This document shows, in pieces, positions 31,448 to 44,960 of a stretch of 64,000 bases of DNA. The stretch is from assembly GCA_951406725.2 (NCBI GenBank), contig OX597821.1, positions 15,252,001 to 15,316,000 of the forward strand, written 5' to 3'. The DNA comes from Octopus vulgaris (Eukaryota). A model generated the notes under the pieces. It was given only the letters and a program-made list of their open reading frames with translations. It ran no database searches and was not told the DNA's origin. The translations under genes were made by a program, and so were the position numbers. Position 1 is the first letter of the stretch. Every line of letters starts with the position of its first letter.

Positions 31448-31834
31448 ATATACATATGTTTGCGTGTATATTTGAATCTGAGTCTATGTGTATACGTGCG
31501 AATGAGCCCATTGTTATACATGTATGATAATATGGGCATGGAGAAATATGAAAATATTATATACATACATATATACGTACATAGGCACTAAAAGATATGT
31601 ACTGATAACTGTAAAAATCATTTCTTAATCGTACAACCTAACAAATCTCCCATTGGATATAAGGTCAGTATAGGGAGAAAAATAGCACTTTTCTATATTT
31701 CTGAAGATTAAACAATACATCCTTAAATAGAATATTGTTAACACCAACAGCTAACAGGCATACGAACGTACACACATACAAACACACACAGAGATGCACT
31801 TACATATTTGTATATGTAAATATCTATATATATA

Positions 31835-31873
<39 letters not shown>

Positions 31874-32445
31874 TTATATAGATATGCACACACACACATA
31901 TATATACGTTCATTTTATGCATATTTAACTTAACGTCCCCTAATACTTTCACTTTATGTCACGTGGTAAGGTCTCCTTGCCAACTCTAATAGACTACACA
32001 AATGAATAAACGAAATTTTTAAGAAACAAAATAGATTTAGAATCGGCTTAGACATGCGTTCAGAAATATATCGATTGCATGTTGCTAGCCCAAAGACTAT
32101 TTTTAGGAACGTGATGAATTCAATTGGAATAGAAGTTGCCGTATTTGTTTAAATCAACACCATCGGAATAAATGAAGACAACTAACACTGTCGAAATGTA
32201 ATAGGTGAGCCAAGTAGTATAGAAACTGAATACTTTCGATTATCTAGTCTTTGTTTTTATACTATAATCTTCTATTTACACATGTTATTCATGCATCAGG
32301 GTTTAGCGATCACCTGAGAAATGTTAATGGCTTGAAATAGTCGAAACTCCTGACTAGTATCTACCTCACATCATTTGGTCATTTTAGTTTGTGACATTAT
32401 ACCCTTCATGGTTGAATCTTTCTTTCTGTTCGTTTACAATTAGCT

Positions 32446-32775
32446 AGGCGCAGGAGTGGCTGTGTGGTAAGTAGCTTGCTAACCAGCCACATGGTTCCGG
32501 GTTCAGTCCCACTGCGTGGCATCTTGAGCAATTGTCTTCTGCTATAGCCCCGGACCGACCAATGTCTTGTGAGTGGATTTGGTAGACGGAAACTGAAAGA
32601 AGCCTGTCGTATATATGTATATATGTATGTGTGTGTGTGTGTGTTTGTGTCTGTGTTTGTCCCCCTAGCATTGCTTGACAACCGATGCTGGTGCGTTTAC
32701 GTCCCCGTCACCTAGCGGTTCGGAATAAGATAGAATAAGTACTGGGCTTACAAAGAATAAGAGAGAGAAAGAGTA
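32446..32775 (+). mobile_element. SINE family B, 3' end deleted
   Basis: Homologous to 30617-30930. Confidence 0.9.
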
Positions 32776-33294
32776 AGTAATATACTAGTAGAAATTCCAC
32801 CTGTTCCATTCTTACTTCTCTTTAGTTCCTCCAATATTGGCTTTGTGCATTATTGATAAACCAGTATTAAATTAAGTGGAAATTTCAATAATCAATATTA
32901 GGTTAGCTGCTCTCATATGAATTAAAATAAAGAAATCAAATATATCGGTAGGATATTTAGTTTTTAAAGACATTATAGTATCCATCATTTTAGTCGTTTC
33001 TATGGTTACAAATTATCTATATAAATTGGTGCCTGTTAATTATTGCTTATGAAAAATAAATTCAAAGGTCTGAAACCACGCGTGAAATAGTTGATTTTAA
33101 TATAAGTGATTAAGAGGAAATGCAACAGCTTTTCCCAACATGTTGGTTAGGTACAGTGTGTATCAGAAGCACACGAGTGTTACTCTAATTCTACTTGAAA
33201 CGATAAAGTGTTCCTATGTACTTGAGTTTAATAAATAACTGCAGTGTACGGAATAAACCCCTTTTGAAATAGTAATTTATGAAATGATTCTTAG

Positions 33295-33357
33295 CGCCAG
33301 CTTAGTGGTAAAGATATTTCACTAGGATCTTAAGGCCGCAGGTTCGAGCAGTGACCT
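33295..33357 (+). other. Decayed tRNA-derived head
   Basis: agcttagtggtaaag...ggttcgag; ends cagtgacc like the Penelope-associated tRNA-like segment. Confidence 0.35.
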
Positions 33358-33605
33358 TATTACATGTATACATATATATTTCTTTTGTTTATGACGCTGT
33401 TATATTTAATTTATTTATCCGCATAATTAACTCCACATCTGATCACCTAGATTCCTTTTATAACAATTCTTTAAATCATGGAATTGGCTCCTGGTAAAGA
33501 CATCGGAGTCTAAGTTCGAATCATTCGAGCGGTACAGACAGTTTCTTTTTCATACCAAGAATCTCTACATCTCGTCTGTTGGATGTATGTATATATATAT
33601 ATGCA

Positions 33606-33675
<70 letters not shown>

Positions 33676-34021
33676 AGTATAAGATGTGTTATGAGCATTT
33701 ATATCTTATATATACTCATATAAACTATATAAACTTTTCTAAAATGTTAATCCATGCATACGATCGTTTCAAATGTTAATACCAACATGTAAGAAACATG
33801 AAACAAATTTTATTAATTACAATTAAATTAATTTCATTTCATATTACCATTCTCCTCAGTGCAAAAAGAATACATCAGAAAGGTAGTATCACAATAATAA
33901 TATGTTTGTTACAGGAGACTATATGGAGTTTGTGTCACAACTCATTCGGATGTTCATAAAATGATTATGAAAGATGAAACATGCTTAGGTAGTGTTGAGT
34001 CTAGTTGTTTAAGAACTAAAA

Positions 34022-34068
<47 letters not shown>

Positions 34069-35894
34069 GTGTATATGTATGAGTGTGTTCATACTTAATG
34101 TATGTATTCATACGTTTCAACGTACGCGTACATTCGTATATATTCTGGTATTTAAATATGGATGTAGCTTGTGCATGATTTCTTCATCGTATCATTTCAA
34201 CCAAAACAAGAAAACAAAATTAAAATTAAGCATTTCTCTATTTAGGAAATAGTAGAAAGAATTTATGCCATTTAATGTTTAGTTAGAATAAATGAGTAAT
34301 AATGTGTAATAATAGTTCTACTACTTGGAAATCTAGAGAGAAGTGATACTAAGTAAAGTGTGAAAGTTTTTAATTTTAACTAAGACTTTTTGTCTATTAC
34401 CTAGCAATTCTGTAACGCTTTCGTGTGATTAGGTGAAGGAAAAGGCGAAGAGCGAGAGAAAAAAGACAGAGAAAAAGATAAGACGAAGAGTGAGACAGAA
34501 ACGGGCAGAGTGCTGCGTATTTAGTCTATAAAATTGTACATGAAGTATATAAAGTGTATATATAAAGTACATTAAGTAATCGTCGTATTCTAATTTCTTG
34601 CACTTTTCAATAAGTAGCGGATGAGAGACTCTCTTTTGATAGACACAACACAGGTTACGCTTTCAGGTTTTTTAGATAAAGTTTTTCAGAAATAATCCAA
34701 TAAGTTTACCTTTAATTCCATGAAATATTCACGGGTCCTTCTAACAAAGAGATTAAGTAGCTTCTCCGTATATTTTTGAACTCGCTATCACTTGAAGTAG
34801 TAATATTGCCACTAGCATACTTTATGTCAGACGCCAAGAAATATTAATTAATATCACAATTCGAGTGTGTTGCGAAATAATTATCGGATTGAATAATGCT
34901 GGAAAAAGACACTGGGAAGATAATCCCTAAGTTTTAATTAATTAAATGTAAACGGTAGAGGGCAGTCAGGCTAATCTTTCGCACTACTGTGACAAATCCA
35001 GAAATAGTTGAATTCTATTAAAACCACATCAGCGAAACGTAATCTCGTAATTGCAAGATTTTACAATTAATAGCGTTTTATATATATAGGATGACATATT
35101 GACACACGTAGACACACACAGACACGTGCACGCGCGAACACTCACACACACTTCCGTATGTGCGTGTGTTTGTATGTGTATACATACACACATAATCATA
35201 CATACATATGTTCATACATATAAAAACCTTCGACTGAAAACAGCGAGTGGCAATAGCGCTTCAGTTGGGAGACGATCTCTATAAATTCTCACGATTATTA
35301 TAGATGAAACGCTTAAGGGAATGGTTATGATCTATTTCATTTTTCGTAGCTAGCTGTGAAATATTCTAAACCACTTGAAACCTGAGACTTCTCGCTTTGC
35401 TGTGCTTTTGATACTGATTTTGAGGAATAAAATAGATTTTCGAGTTATAATCAATATTCTTTAGATTTACAGATTTTGAATAATTCAATATATTTCTGCG
35501 ACATTCATGCAGTAACCCTATTTTTTCTTTTTACTGAACTGGTATCTTGTGTCTGAAACATTATTATAGCTTATGGAAAGAGTTCTTCATCTCCCACAGA
35601 ATATTCATGGATAAGCATATCAGTACATCTATCATAAATGTCCTAATGAATTGTACCGACGATATCGAGATAGTTCTGAAGTGTCTCAAGTTCTTAAACA
35701 AGTATAAACACACACACATACATACATACAAACATACATACATACATGCATGCATGCATACATACATGAGGTCGCTGAAAAGTTCGTAGATACTCTCATA
35801 AAATGTGACCAAATGAGAATTTGCAGCATCTATGCGTTTTGCTGAGTCGCTTTTGTTACTCGTACTCGGGCTCGATAGCCGAATTGAGAATACC

Positions 35895-36127
35895 TATTTC
35901 TTTACTACCCACAAGGGGCTAAACACAGAGGGGACAAACAAGGAAAGACAAACCGATTAAGTCGATGAAATCAACCCCAGAGCGTAACTGGTACTTAATT
36001 TATCGACCCCGAAAGGATAAAAGGTAAAGGCGACCTCGGCGGAATTTGAACTCACAATATAACAGCAGACGAAATACTGCTAAGCATTTCGCTCGACGCA
36101 CTAATGTTTCTGCTAGCTTGCCGCCTT
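35895..36127 (-). mobile_element. SINE family A with 21-bp TSD
   Basis: gatagccgaattgag(a/g)atacc at 35874-35894 and 36133-36153. Confidence 0.92.
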
Positions 36128-37140
36128 TTGAGGATAGCCGAATTGAGGATACCGCCTTTCTCTCTTTCCTCAGTTCGGAAGGATCTGCTAATAGCCATAC
36201 TTCAGACTAAAGGAAAATACCCACACGCACGCACCACCTACGCAAAGACATCCTGGCGCGCGCGCACACACACACACACACACATACATACATACATACA
36301 TACATAGAGGCAAACAGATATGCATAAACACTCAGACACACATTCTAGTACTGGAAATATCAGGCCTTAGTTAAAACATAAACAAACTAAAGTCTTTCTC
36401 TACACTTTGTAGTGTATTTAACCATTAAGCAGTCGTTTGAACTCTTAAAAGCACATTCGTTACTTGAGTATGGTGAAAGCAGAAACTGTATCCTCTATAA
36501 TTCATAGATGGTATTTGCAGCAATTTTGTGTACGTTACTGTTTTTGGTAATTTAATCATCTCTAATCAATATACCTTAATTTGTGGGTGCCATTCACCTC
36601 TTGTTTAACAATACAAAGAATTTATATTTGCAAATTACTAATCATGTTCACAGTTATACACTAATCACTGACATGCATAAAACAAGCATATATACACAAA
36701 TGCATGTAGCTTTGGAAGTGTTTGTGGATTGCATGGTTAGGGAACGAATACGCATACCTACTCGAGGTTTCCTTCGTGTGATAGCAGAAATCAGTCACAT
36801 ACTTGAGTGAATGTCTGTGAATAATGAGAGTAGGTGAAAAATGGTTCGTGATTGAGTAAATTATTGGCTGTGTATGTTAGTATGTTAATGAGAATGTGGG
36901 CGGAGATGTTGATGTGTTTGAAATTCAGTAATTATTAGAGCAGTTACGAGGGAAAGCTTGTTTTGAAGAATTTGCACGAATCTAACAAGAATCTAGGAAA
37001 CATAGAAATGTACGGAGAAATTTCTGGAAAATGTAGCTGCACTTTGTATTAGACTGAACGACAATACAATGCCTGTCGTCCTATTTTGAGATATTTATCA
37101 AAATTAGTATCTTTCACGTGTTTAGTATCTTTCGAGTCGT

Positions 37141-37520
37141 GGAGGCGCAATGGCCCAGTGGTTAGGGCAGCGGACTCGCGGTCATAGGATCGCCGTTTCG
37201 ATTCCCAGACCGGGAGTTGTGAGTGTTTATTAAGCGAAAACACCTAAAGCTCCACGAGGCTCCGGCAGGGGATGGTGGTGATCCCTGCTGTACTCTTTCG
37301 CCACAACTTTCTCTCACTCTTACTTCCTGTTTCTGTTGTACCTGTATTTCAAAGGGCCGGCCTTGTCACTCTCTGTGTCACGCTGAATATCCTCGAGAAC
37401 TACGTTAAGGGTACACGTGTCTGTGGAGTGCTCAGCCACTTACACGTTAATTTCACGAGCAGGCTGTTCCGTTGATTCGGATCAACCAGAACCCTCGTCG
37501 TCGTAACCGACGGAGTGCTT
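37141..37520 (+). mobile_element. tRNA-derived SINE family C, tail type 2
   Basis: First about 185 bp homologous to 31136-31320; different 3' half. Confidence 0.85.
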
Positions 37521-37621
37521 CCGTCCATCTTTCGATTGTTGTATATCCTACGGAGGCTGCATCCTTCACTGCTGCTATCTCGGCACAAACACGTGTATTC
37601 AGGCCTGAACAAACCAGGGTT

Positions 37622-38015
37622 TACTCTTTTACTCGTATACTTGTTTCAATCATTTGAATGCAGCCATGCTGGAGCACCGCCTTTAGTCGAGCAAGTCGAC
37701 CCCAGGACTTATTCTTTGTAAGCCTAGTACTTATTCTATCGGTCTTTTTGCCGAACCGCTAGGTTACGGGGATGTAAACACACCGGCATCAGCTGTCAAG
37801 CGATGCTGGAAGGACAAACACAGATACACAAACATATACACACACATACATATACATATATATATATACATATATACGACGGGCTTCTTTCAGTTTTCAT
37901 CTACCAAATCCACTCACAAGGCTTTGGTCGTCCAGAGGCCATAGTAGAAGACACTTGCTCAAGATGCCATGTAGTGGGACTGAACCCAGATCCATGTGGT
38001 TGGTAAGCAATCTAC
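37622..38015 (-). mobile_element. SINE family B body (its 5' head is displaced to 40297-40334)
   Basis: Breaks at ggtaagcaatctac and resumes at gtaagcaagctacttaccacac..cctgcgcct. Confidence 0.9.
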
Positions 38016-40296
38016 GTTATTTAATAAAATTTGTCATTACAGACAGTACAAAGAGTGTGTAGCTTTGCGGCTAGACAAATACATCAATGAATGAAAAATG
38101 AAATAAAATGAATAAATGAGAGACGAAACCCAACACCCGCCGATTGGATTTTTCTCGAAAACATATTTTCTATTTTTAAATCAATATGAGGTTTCAAACC
38201 TCTTACAAGAAGGAGGCCCTAAAATCTCTTACTTAACATGTGGTTTTTTAAACACACAATTGAGGTTATAAACCACCACAAATAATACAATAAGATGAGG
38301 TTCCAAACCCTCTAACGAGGCTTTTTCACCTCCTACTCTTCGATAAATCCATCGATATATTCATCATTATCTTCAATGCAGCTTGATTTCCTGTATCCCG
38401 CCATTTCCCTCGCCTCACTCATGTAGGACATGTAAGTCGTGTAAGGACCACCCGGCCATATGCGACACTCCTCCTCAAAACCTCTAAGCCATTCTCACAA
38501 GTAAAACCTTATGACCTCCACAGCTATCTGCGTAGGCCATTCGGAATCCCGTGTGAAGTGCATATCTACTGTCTCTTTATGTTCTTCTACTATTTTTTCC
38601 ACCTCCCGCCCTTGTAGAAAAAGATAATTAATTCATCATCTTTAAGGGTGGGGGTCGTTTCTTCCACCGTGGGTGGCACAACTTCGGGAGATGCAGACGG
38701 TACATCATCTCCCCTCTGCGATGACCCGTTCATCTTCTTTCTTTTTTTTCTTTTCTTCCTGACTGCGGGACAGTGGAGTTCTTCCGCTTTGTCAGGAGTC
38801 TCTCCCCTGCCTCCCGAAGCCTTAGGTTCCTTCGGCGTGCAACTATTGTTGCCCGCCTTCTTCCTTTTTAGTCCTTTTTGGGTTGAGGAGGCTGAAGCCT
38901 CCTCGACCACATCCACCACTCCCTTTGACTGAGTAGGAGAGGTTGCATCCAGTGACCGTTCCAGGACCTAACCATGGTCCTCGGGGCAGTTCCTTTTAAT
39001 GTGGCCTGGCTGCATGCACGAGGACACATGGGAGGGCGACCCTCAAGTATCACTGGATACCTTGAGCCATCCATTTTTAAAAAGTCGGGGAAAGTCATTT
39101 CCCCCGCGGGCACTGGGATCCATAGGGTCAAAGTTGCCGTTGCAACCTTCCAGTCGACCGCAGGCTTTATCTCTGTATTTAAAAGCCTGGGCCCGCTATC
39201 CCCCAGGCCCCGCCGGATGGCATCTGCAATCCACCCCGCTTTGGTGCCCGGGGAAAGACCACATACCCTTATCACCTTCTTCTCAGAATATGTGGGAAGA
39301 ACAAAATCTCCCCACCTTCCAGGGCCTGGCCTGCCACAGTGCAAGCCTCCTCAGGAGTGTCGAAAAGTAGCCACACCGTGGCGTATTTGACACCCCAGGT
39401 TATAATGTAATTTTTAACTGGCAAACATTTTGCCAGCTCTTTATTAAGAAAACCCTTGTCGAAGAGGGCGATGGCGTCACGCGACCTAGAATAGGTCCGT
39501 AGTACCACCGTCCTTCTCTCAAGGCTTTCAATCCATTGCTTAGCTGGGACTACCTCCCATTCTAAGGCACTTTTTGCATTTGCCATGTTAAAAGTCAATT
39601 CAAAGAAGACGGAAAGTCCAAATAAATTAACAAGTCCCAAAAGAATAAACAAGTCAGTTCAAAAAATGCATAAAAAATAAAATTCAAAAGAAACGCAAAA
39701 ACATCTCCAAAAAGAAAGAAAAAACAGAAGGATAGAGAAAAGAAAAACAGTTCACACAGGAAACATCAATGGCCAACAGGTACTCCTGGCCAACTTCAAG
39801 TTTCAATGGCAAAATCCAATAAGTTCGGGGGAAGATACGCCCCGACTTTTTTCCAATACAAAAAATAACAAACAGCAGCCCCTGACAGCACGCAGAATTG
39901 CCACGGAGCTGGGCGAAATTTATCAACACACAATTACTATTTGACAAATTACACCCAGCTCAAGCGAAAACAAATCCACCTATCTCTACGGTCTTATGCT
40001 GATGCTGTTCTTTTTTCTTTCAGTTCAATATTGGACAGAACCAACACACTCACGTCCACTTTGCAAAAAGAAAAAAATCCACTTTTTCTGGCGAGATACG
40101 ACCACTAGAATTTACAAAAAGAATTTTCAAGCAAAAATTCTCAATTCACCGTTATGGTAATAAGAACACAATATTTCGCGAGCTACAATTGACAATTTTT
40201 CTTTTTGGTCTTTTTTTTCTATTCACGGAGCCGAAACTCAAATCTTCTTACTGTAACAGTCCAGACCAACTAGTGTTGCATTCTGGGTAACCGGAA
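38016..40296 (-). mobile_element. ORF1-only (HAL1-like) L1/Tx1-type non-LTR element
   Basis: 13-bp TSD gtaagcaa(t/g)ctac at 38003-38015 and 40297-40309; about 700-bp 5' UTR; ORF1-like coding region; no ORF2 recognisable. Confidence 0.75.
38590..39586 (-). pseudogene. Disrupted ORF1p (RRM-like region + CCHC zinc knuckle + basic tail)
   Basis: Three overlapping ORFs join via two frameshifts; restoring 1 nt gives GRPPM-C-x-S-C-MQPG-H-IKRN-C-P (CX2CX4HX4C). Confidence 0.75.
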
Positions 40297-40340
40297 GTAA
40301 GCAAGCTACTTACCACACCGCCAATCCTGCGCCTAGAGAG

Positions 40341-40440
40341 TATGGAACGCTTCACGAATTTGCGTGTCATCCTTACGCAGGGGCCATGCTAATCTTCTCC
40401 GTATCGTTCCAATTTCAGTATATGTATTGCCCAAGCTAAC
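40341..40440 (-). pseudogene. U6: U6 snRNA pseudogene
   Basis: acatatactgaaattggaacgatacggagaagattagcatggcccctgcgtaaggatgacacgcaaattcgtgaagcgttccata; ACAGAGA box changed to ACGGAGA; no oligo-T terminator. Confidence 0.95.
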
Positions 40441-40986
40441 TTTATTTTCAAAGTCTGTGAATAGTAACTCAGTATAGTATACAACAGTGTTAATTGTTCA
40501 ACTAACAGTAAGTATGAAGTGGTATTAAGTAGATTTGATAATGAATTCGATTGAACAAATTGAAACATGCATGTATAGGCACACGTATATACAAATACGT
40601 GCATCCACATGTACATACATATACATAGCCCCACAACACACACTCATACACATAATTCATATTCAGTTTTTAAAATTTATTCTGTATTGTTTATATAAAG
40701 TTTGTTATTGCCACGTTGAAATAAAGCAACCTTTTGAATCAAAACAATTGTTATGAATATATCCCTCATATCATTATGATATTTCAATGTCACTAGATTA
40801 CATACGATAACACAAGGATTTCTATTGATTTTATTCCGTAAAATATATTTAACTGCTATAAAGATTGTGAAATTTTTTTACATGAAAAAAATTAATATCC
40901 TAATTCTTTACAATTCAAACCCTTACAATGTCTTAATTTCTTGTGTATACTTATTTTTCTTGATAAGTTAGTCGCCAGAAACTCCT

Positions 40987-41027
<41 letters not shown>

Positions 41028-41567
41028 AATTCTGCTTATTAATTATAAACATGACTAATATTTGTATAATATAACATTTTTCTATTCCTTTAGTATTGAT
41101 TATTATATCTCATAAACTTACAAATATCGGTATAAAACAAGAAAAAGGAACGTGACATAAATTGAAGTCAGAAATCAATATCTTACTGTTACTTCGCAAC
41201 CCCCGTTAATACGCGACAACACTATTCTTGAATTTTATGTTAATTTTCCTTTTTCTTCGATATAATATGAAGCAACCAAGAATTGCTGGCTTAGGAAATG
41301 GGCGGTTATTATATGGAAAATAAAGATAAAGACTTATAAATATTCATAACTACAGAGTCTTTACTTCTAAAATTTATTATATGTCTTAATAAATTACTCA
41401 ATTTCGCTCGGTTATCGTATTTCTGTGAAAGACATGAGCCTTCAAATTGTAGAGCTAACTCTTCCGCGTGTGTTTCTCAGTTACATCTCATTCCCTTTGT
41501 CTTACAAAATCACAAGCACACACACGCACACGCTTATATATACACAAATATATGTTAGAAAGTTAGA

Positions 41568-41604
<37 letters not shown>

Positions 41605-42047
41605 TTTAAATATATAATTTTTATATATAACTATTTAGAAGTGAGAATAAAAAAAAAATTCTCTTGAGTATTGTAGGCGATATTATTTCTTAACGAAATT
41701 AATGGAATTCGAGCAGACTAATGCCATCTATCGTATAATTTGTTTACCTCAATATTGTTCATCGACCTGTGATCAGCGCCAATGATCTCAAAACATGTAA
41801 ACTTATGTTTCTTGTAAATAAGGTTTTCAAATACGTAAACGGATCACATGAAAAATTTATGAAAACAAGTCTAATTTTAGAGTCAAGTTGCTGGATCATT
41901 ATTCACTACATCATATCTGTCGAGCAACATTGTATAGCATGCTATAAAATACGATGGAACTTCGTGGGTTTTTGCGGTGAATATTCTGTTGTTTGATAAA
42001 CTGAAATGTTTACCTTTTAGGGAAGGTGTCACTAAGTATTCCACAGA

Positions 42048-42264
42048 TACTCTTTACTCTTTTACTCATTTACTTGTTTCAGTCATTTGACTGCGGCCAT
42101 GCTGGAGCACCGCCTTTAGTCGAGCAAATCGACCCCGGGACTTATTCTTTGTAAGCCCAGTACTTATTCTGTCGGTCTCTTTTGCCGAATCGCTAAGTGA
42201 CGGAGACGTAAACACACCAGCATCGGTTGTCAAGCAATGCTAGGGGGACAAACACAGACACACA

Positions 42265-42334
<70 letters not shown>

Positions 42335-42423
42335 GCAGAAGACACTTGCTCAAGATGCCACGCAGTGGGACCGAACCCGGAACCATGTGGTTGGTTACTT
42401 ACCAAACAGCCACTCCTGCGCCT
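42048..42423 (-). mobile_element. SINE family B with internal deletion
   Basis: Homology to other copies. Confidence 0.9.
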
Positions 42424-42702
42424 ATACGTGTATACCTAGCGAAATTCATTTGGGACGTGACAATATCGTTAACCTGTTCGCATCAACATAGTTCATCAAC
42501 CTATGTTTAGCACCAACGAAAAGACATGAACAACCCAACTCGCTTGTAGGCTTGAATGAACAAAAGGTAATGTTAAAAAGCACATTCCCAATATTTCATT
42601 GTAAAAGATACGTAATCATGATTCCGTTCAATAGGAATCATCACTGCAAATCAAATAGCTTTACCGCACGTTAGTCTCTTTTTGACCGCTGTAAGTAATA
42701 AT

Positions 42703-42927
42703 CTTTTACTCGTTTCAGTCATTTGACTGTGGCCATGCTGGAGCGCCACCTTTTTTAGACGAGCAAATCTACCCCAGGATTTACTCGTAAGCCTAGTACT
42801 TATTCTATCGGTCTCTTTTGCCGAACCGCTATGTTACGGGGACGTAAGCACAACAGCATCGGTTGTCAAGCGATGTTGGGGGGACAGACACAGACACACA
42901 AACATATATACACACACACACACACAC

Positions 42928-42976
<49 letters not shown>

Positions 42977-43143
42977 TAAGACGAACTTCTTTCATTTTCC
43001 GTCTACCACATCCACTCACAAGGCTTTGGTCAGCCCGAGGCTATAGTAGAAGACACTTGCCCAAAGTGCTACGCAGTGGGACTGAACCTGGTACCATGTA
43101 GTTCGTAAGCAAGCTACTTACCACACAGCCACTCCTGCACCTA
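42703..43143 (-). mobile_element. SINE family B, full length
   Basis: Homology to other copies. Confidence 0.9.
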
Positions 43144-43396
43144 TAAGATATATTAAAACAATAAAATGTAAGATTTCCGGTTACATGCTTTCGTTGATGA
43201 AAGAATGATGAGGACTCCAGCTCTATGCATTCTTCTATTAAGACCCTCTGGGCTTTGTTTCATTTCCTCCTCTTTCAGGGTCGTAAACTGAAGTCATTAT
43301 GAATTTTTCGTAACGGATTTTGATAAGATGCAACAATACAAACCAATGAGGCATTCTCTAAGTTGTCTTGCTGATGTTTATTGCTTTGCTTACCTC

Positions 43397-43630
43397 AGTT
43401 AATACTTTGGTTTTGTAAGGCAGCGAGCTGGCATAATCCTTAGCACGCCGGGCAAAATGTTTAAGGGCATTTCGCCCATCTTTACATTCGGATTTCAAAC
43501 TTCGCCGAGGTCGACTATGCTTTTCATCAATTCGCAGTCGATAAAATATGAAGCAGTTAAACACTGAGTTGATGTAGTTATCTTAACCTCCTCCTCCACA
43601 ATTCCTGGTCTTCTGCCAAAATTCGAAACC
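43397..43630 (+). mobile_element. SINE family A, older variant
   Basis: aaggcagcgagctggca...gccgaggtcgact; tail tgccaaaattcgaaacc. Confidence 0.75.
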
Positions 43631-44777
43631 AATATTTTGATTTTGTTTCATTCATGATTTCTTTTGTAATCATTTCATCACTCCTCTTCACAACGCATTA
43701 ATTTCTTCTCTGAAATGTAAGATTTCCTCATATAGATGACAATAAATTGGTTAAATGCCAGGCTAAAGTTTTTGTATTATTTGTTTACCTCCGTATATTT
43801 TCCGAGTTCAAATACGGTTGTGACCAAATTTGTATTTCCTTCTTCTGAAGGGTCGATAAGATAATTACCAGTGAAATACTGAGGATAATCCAAATAACTT
43901 TAACTATTTTCCAAAATTTCAAACCATATGTCAGTATTCGACATCTCTCCTCCTATTACTCAAACCAGTATACCGTGGTTATATTCTAAGTGCTTTACTA
44001 CGTTCATTGGGTGCATTGCTCTTAGTTCTCTGTTTGTACCACCTTCCTCCTCAATTGTACAACTGATACATATAACGTATCTATACGCACTTTATGATAT
44101 TTGGCACCAAATGCAATAACATTCTGTGTTACATATCAAGACATTTCAATTAATTTAATTTTCAATCTACTCTATGAGAGCTTCAGGTTATAGCTATCTT
44201 TTAAAATTTTACTTTTGACATTTTAAGGTTTCTCCATTATGCCCTAGTGTTGTGTCATATCATATTTATCTTCGCCCAATCTACTTGTATAGTTCTGTTC
44301 TAACTCTCTAGTGTCGGTGTTTTAATCTCACATAATATGTGGATTTTTAATCAATTTTCCATTTTCACGCTGGTGTATGTATTATTAACATTTTTACATC
44401 ACTACTGAATCCGTGTTAGTTTAATTTTCTATATGTTCCATTTGGGCGTTTTCTTTGTACATTGTTTTGACACATCTATATAGAGGAAATAAATGTTAGT
44501 GATTTGTTTGTAAGCAATGCATTAGTTGGATCCAGCAAATGTAGATACGGAATCTATATGAAAGATGTCCTCTTTATTGAGTTAGAACTGCATTCAAATT
44601 ACATCGGTTTATTGTAATCCAGCATTTACCATGAATATAATTTTAATTTTCTTCATTCTAAGGGGAAAAAAACCTTATGTGGATTCATTACTATACTGTT
44701 TAGAGTTTATATTTACAGTTCATATATGTCTTCACAAATCATAGCCAATGTTAATACTTTTATTACTCTATCACCAT

Positions 44778-44784
44778 GATGATG

Positions 44785-44833
<49 letters not shown>

Positions 44834-44920
44834 AAATAATAATAATAATAACAACAACAACAACAATAATAATAATGATAATAATAATAATAATAATAAT
44901 AACAATATCATCATCTTCAA

Positions 44921-44960
<40 letters not shown>
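44778..44960. repeat. (AAT)n followed by inverted (ATT)n
   Basis: Direct reading. Confidence 0.95.

Noticed and set aside
40341-40440. Functional U6 gene
   Set aside because: ACAGAGA box mutated, 5' stem degenerate, no T-run terminator
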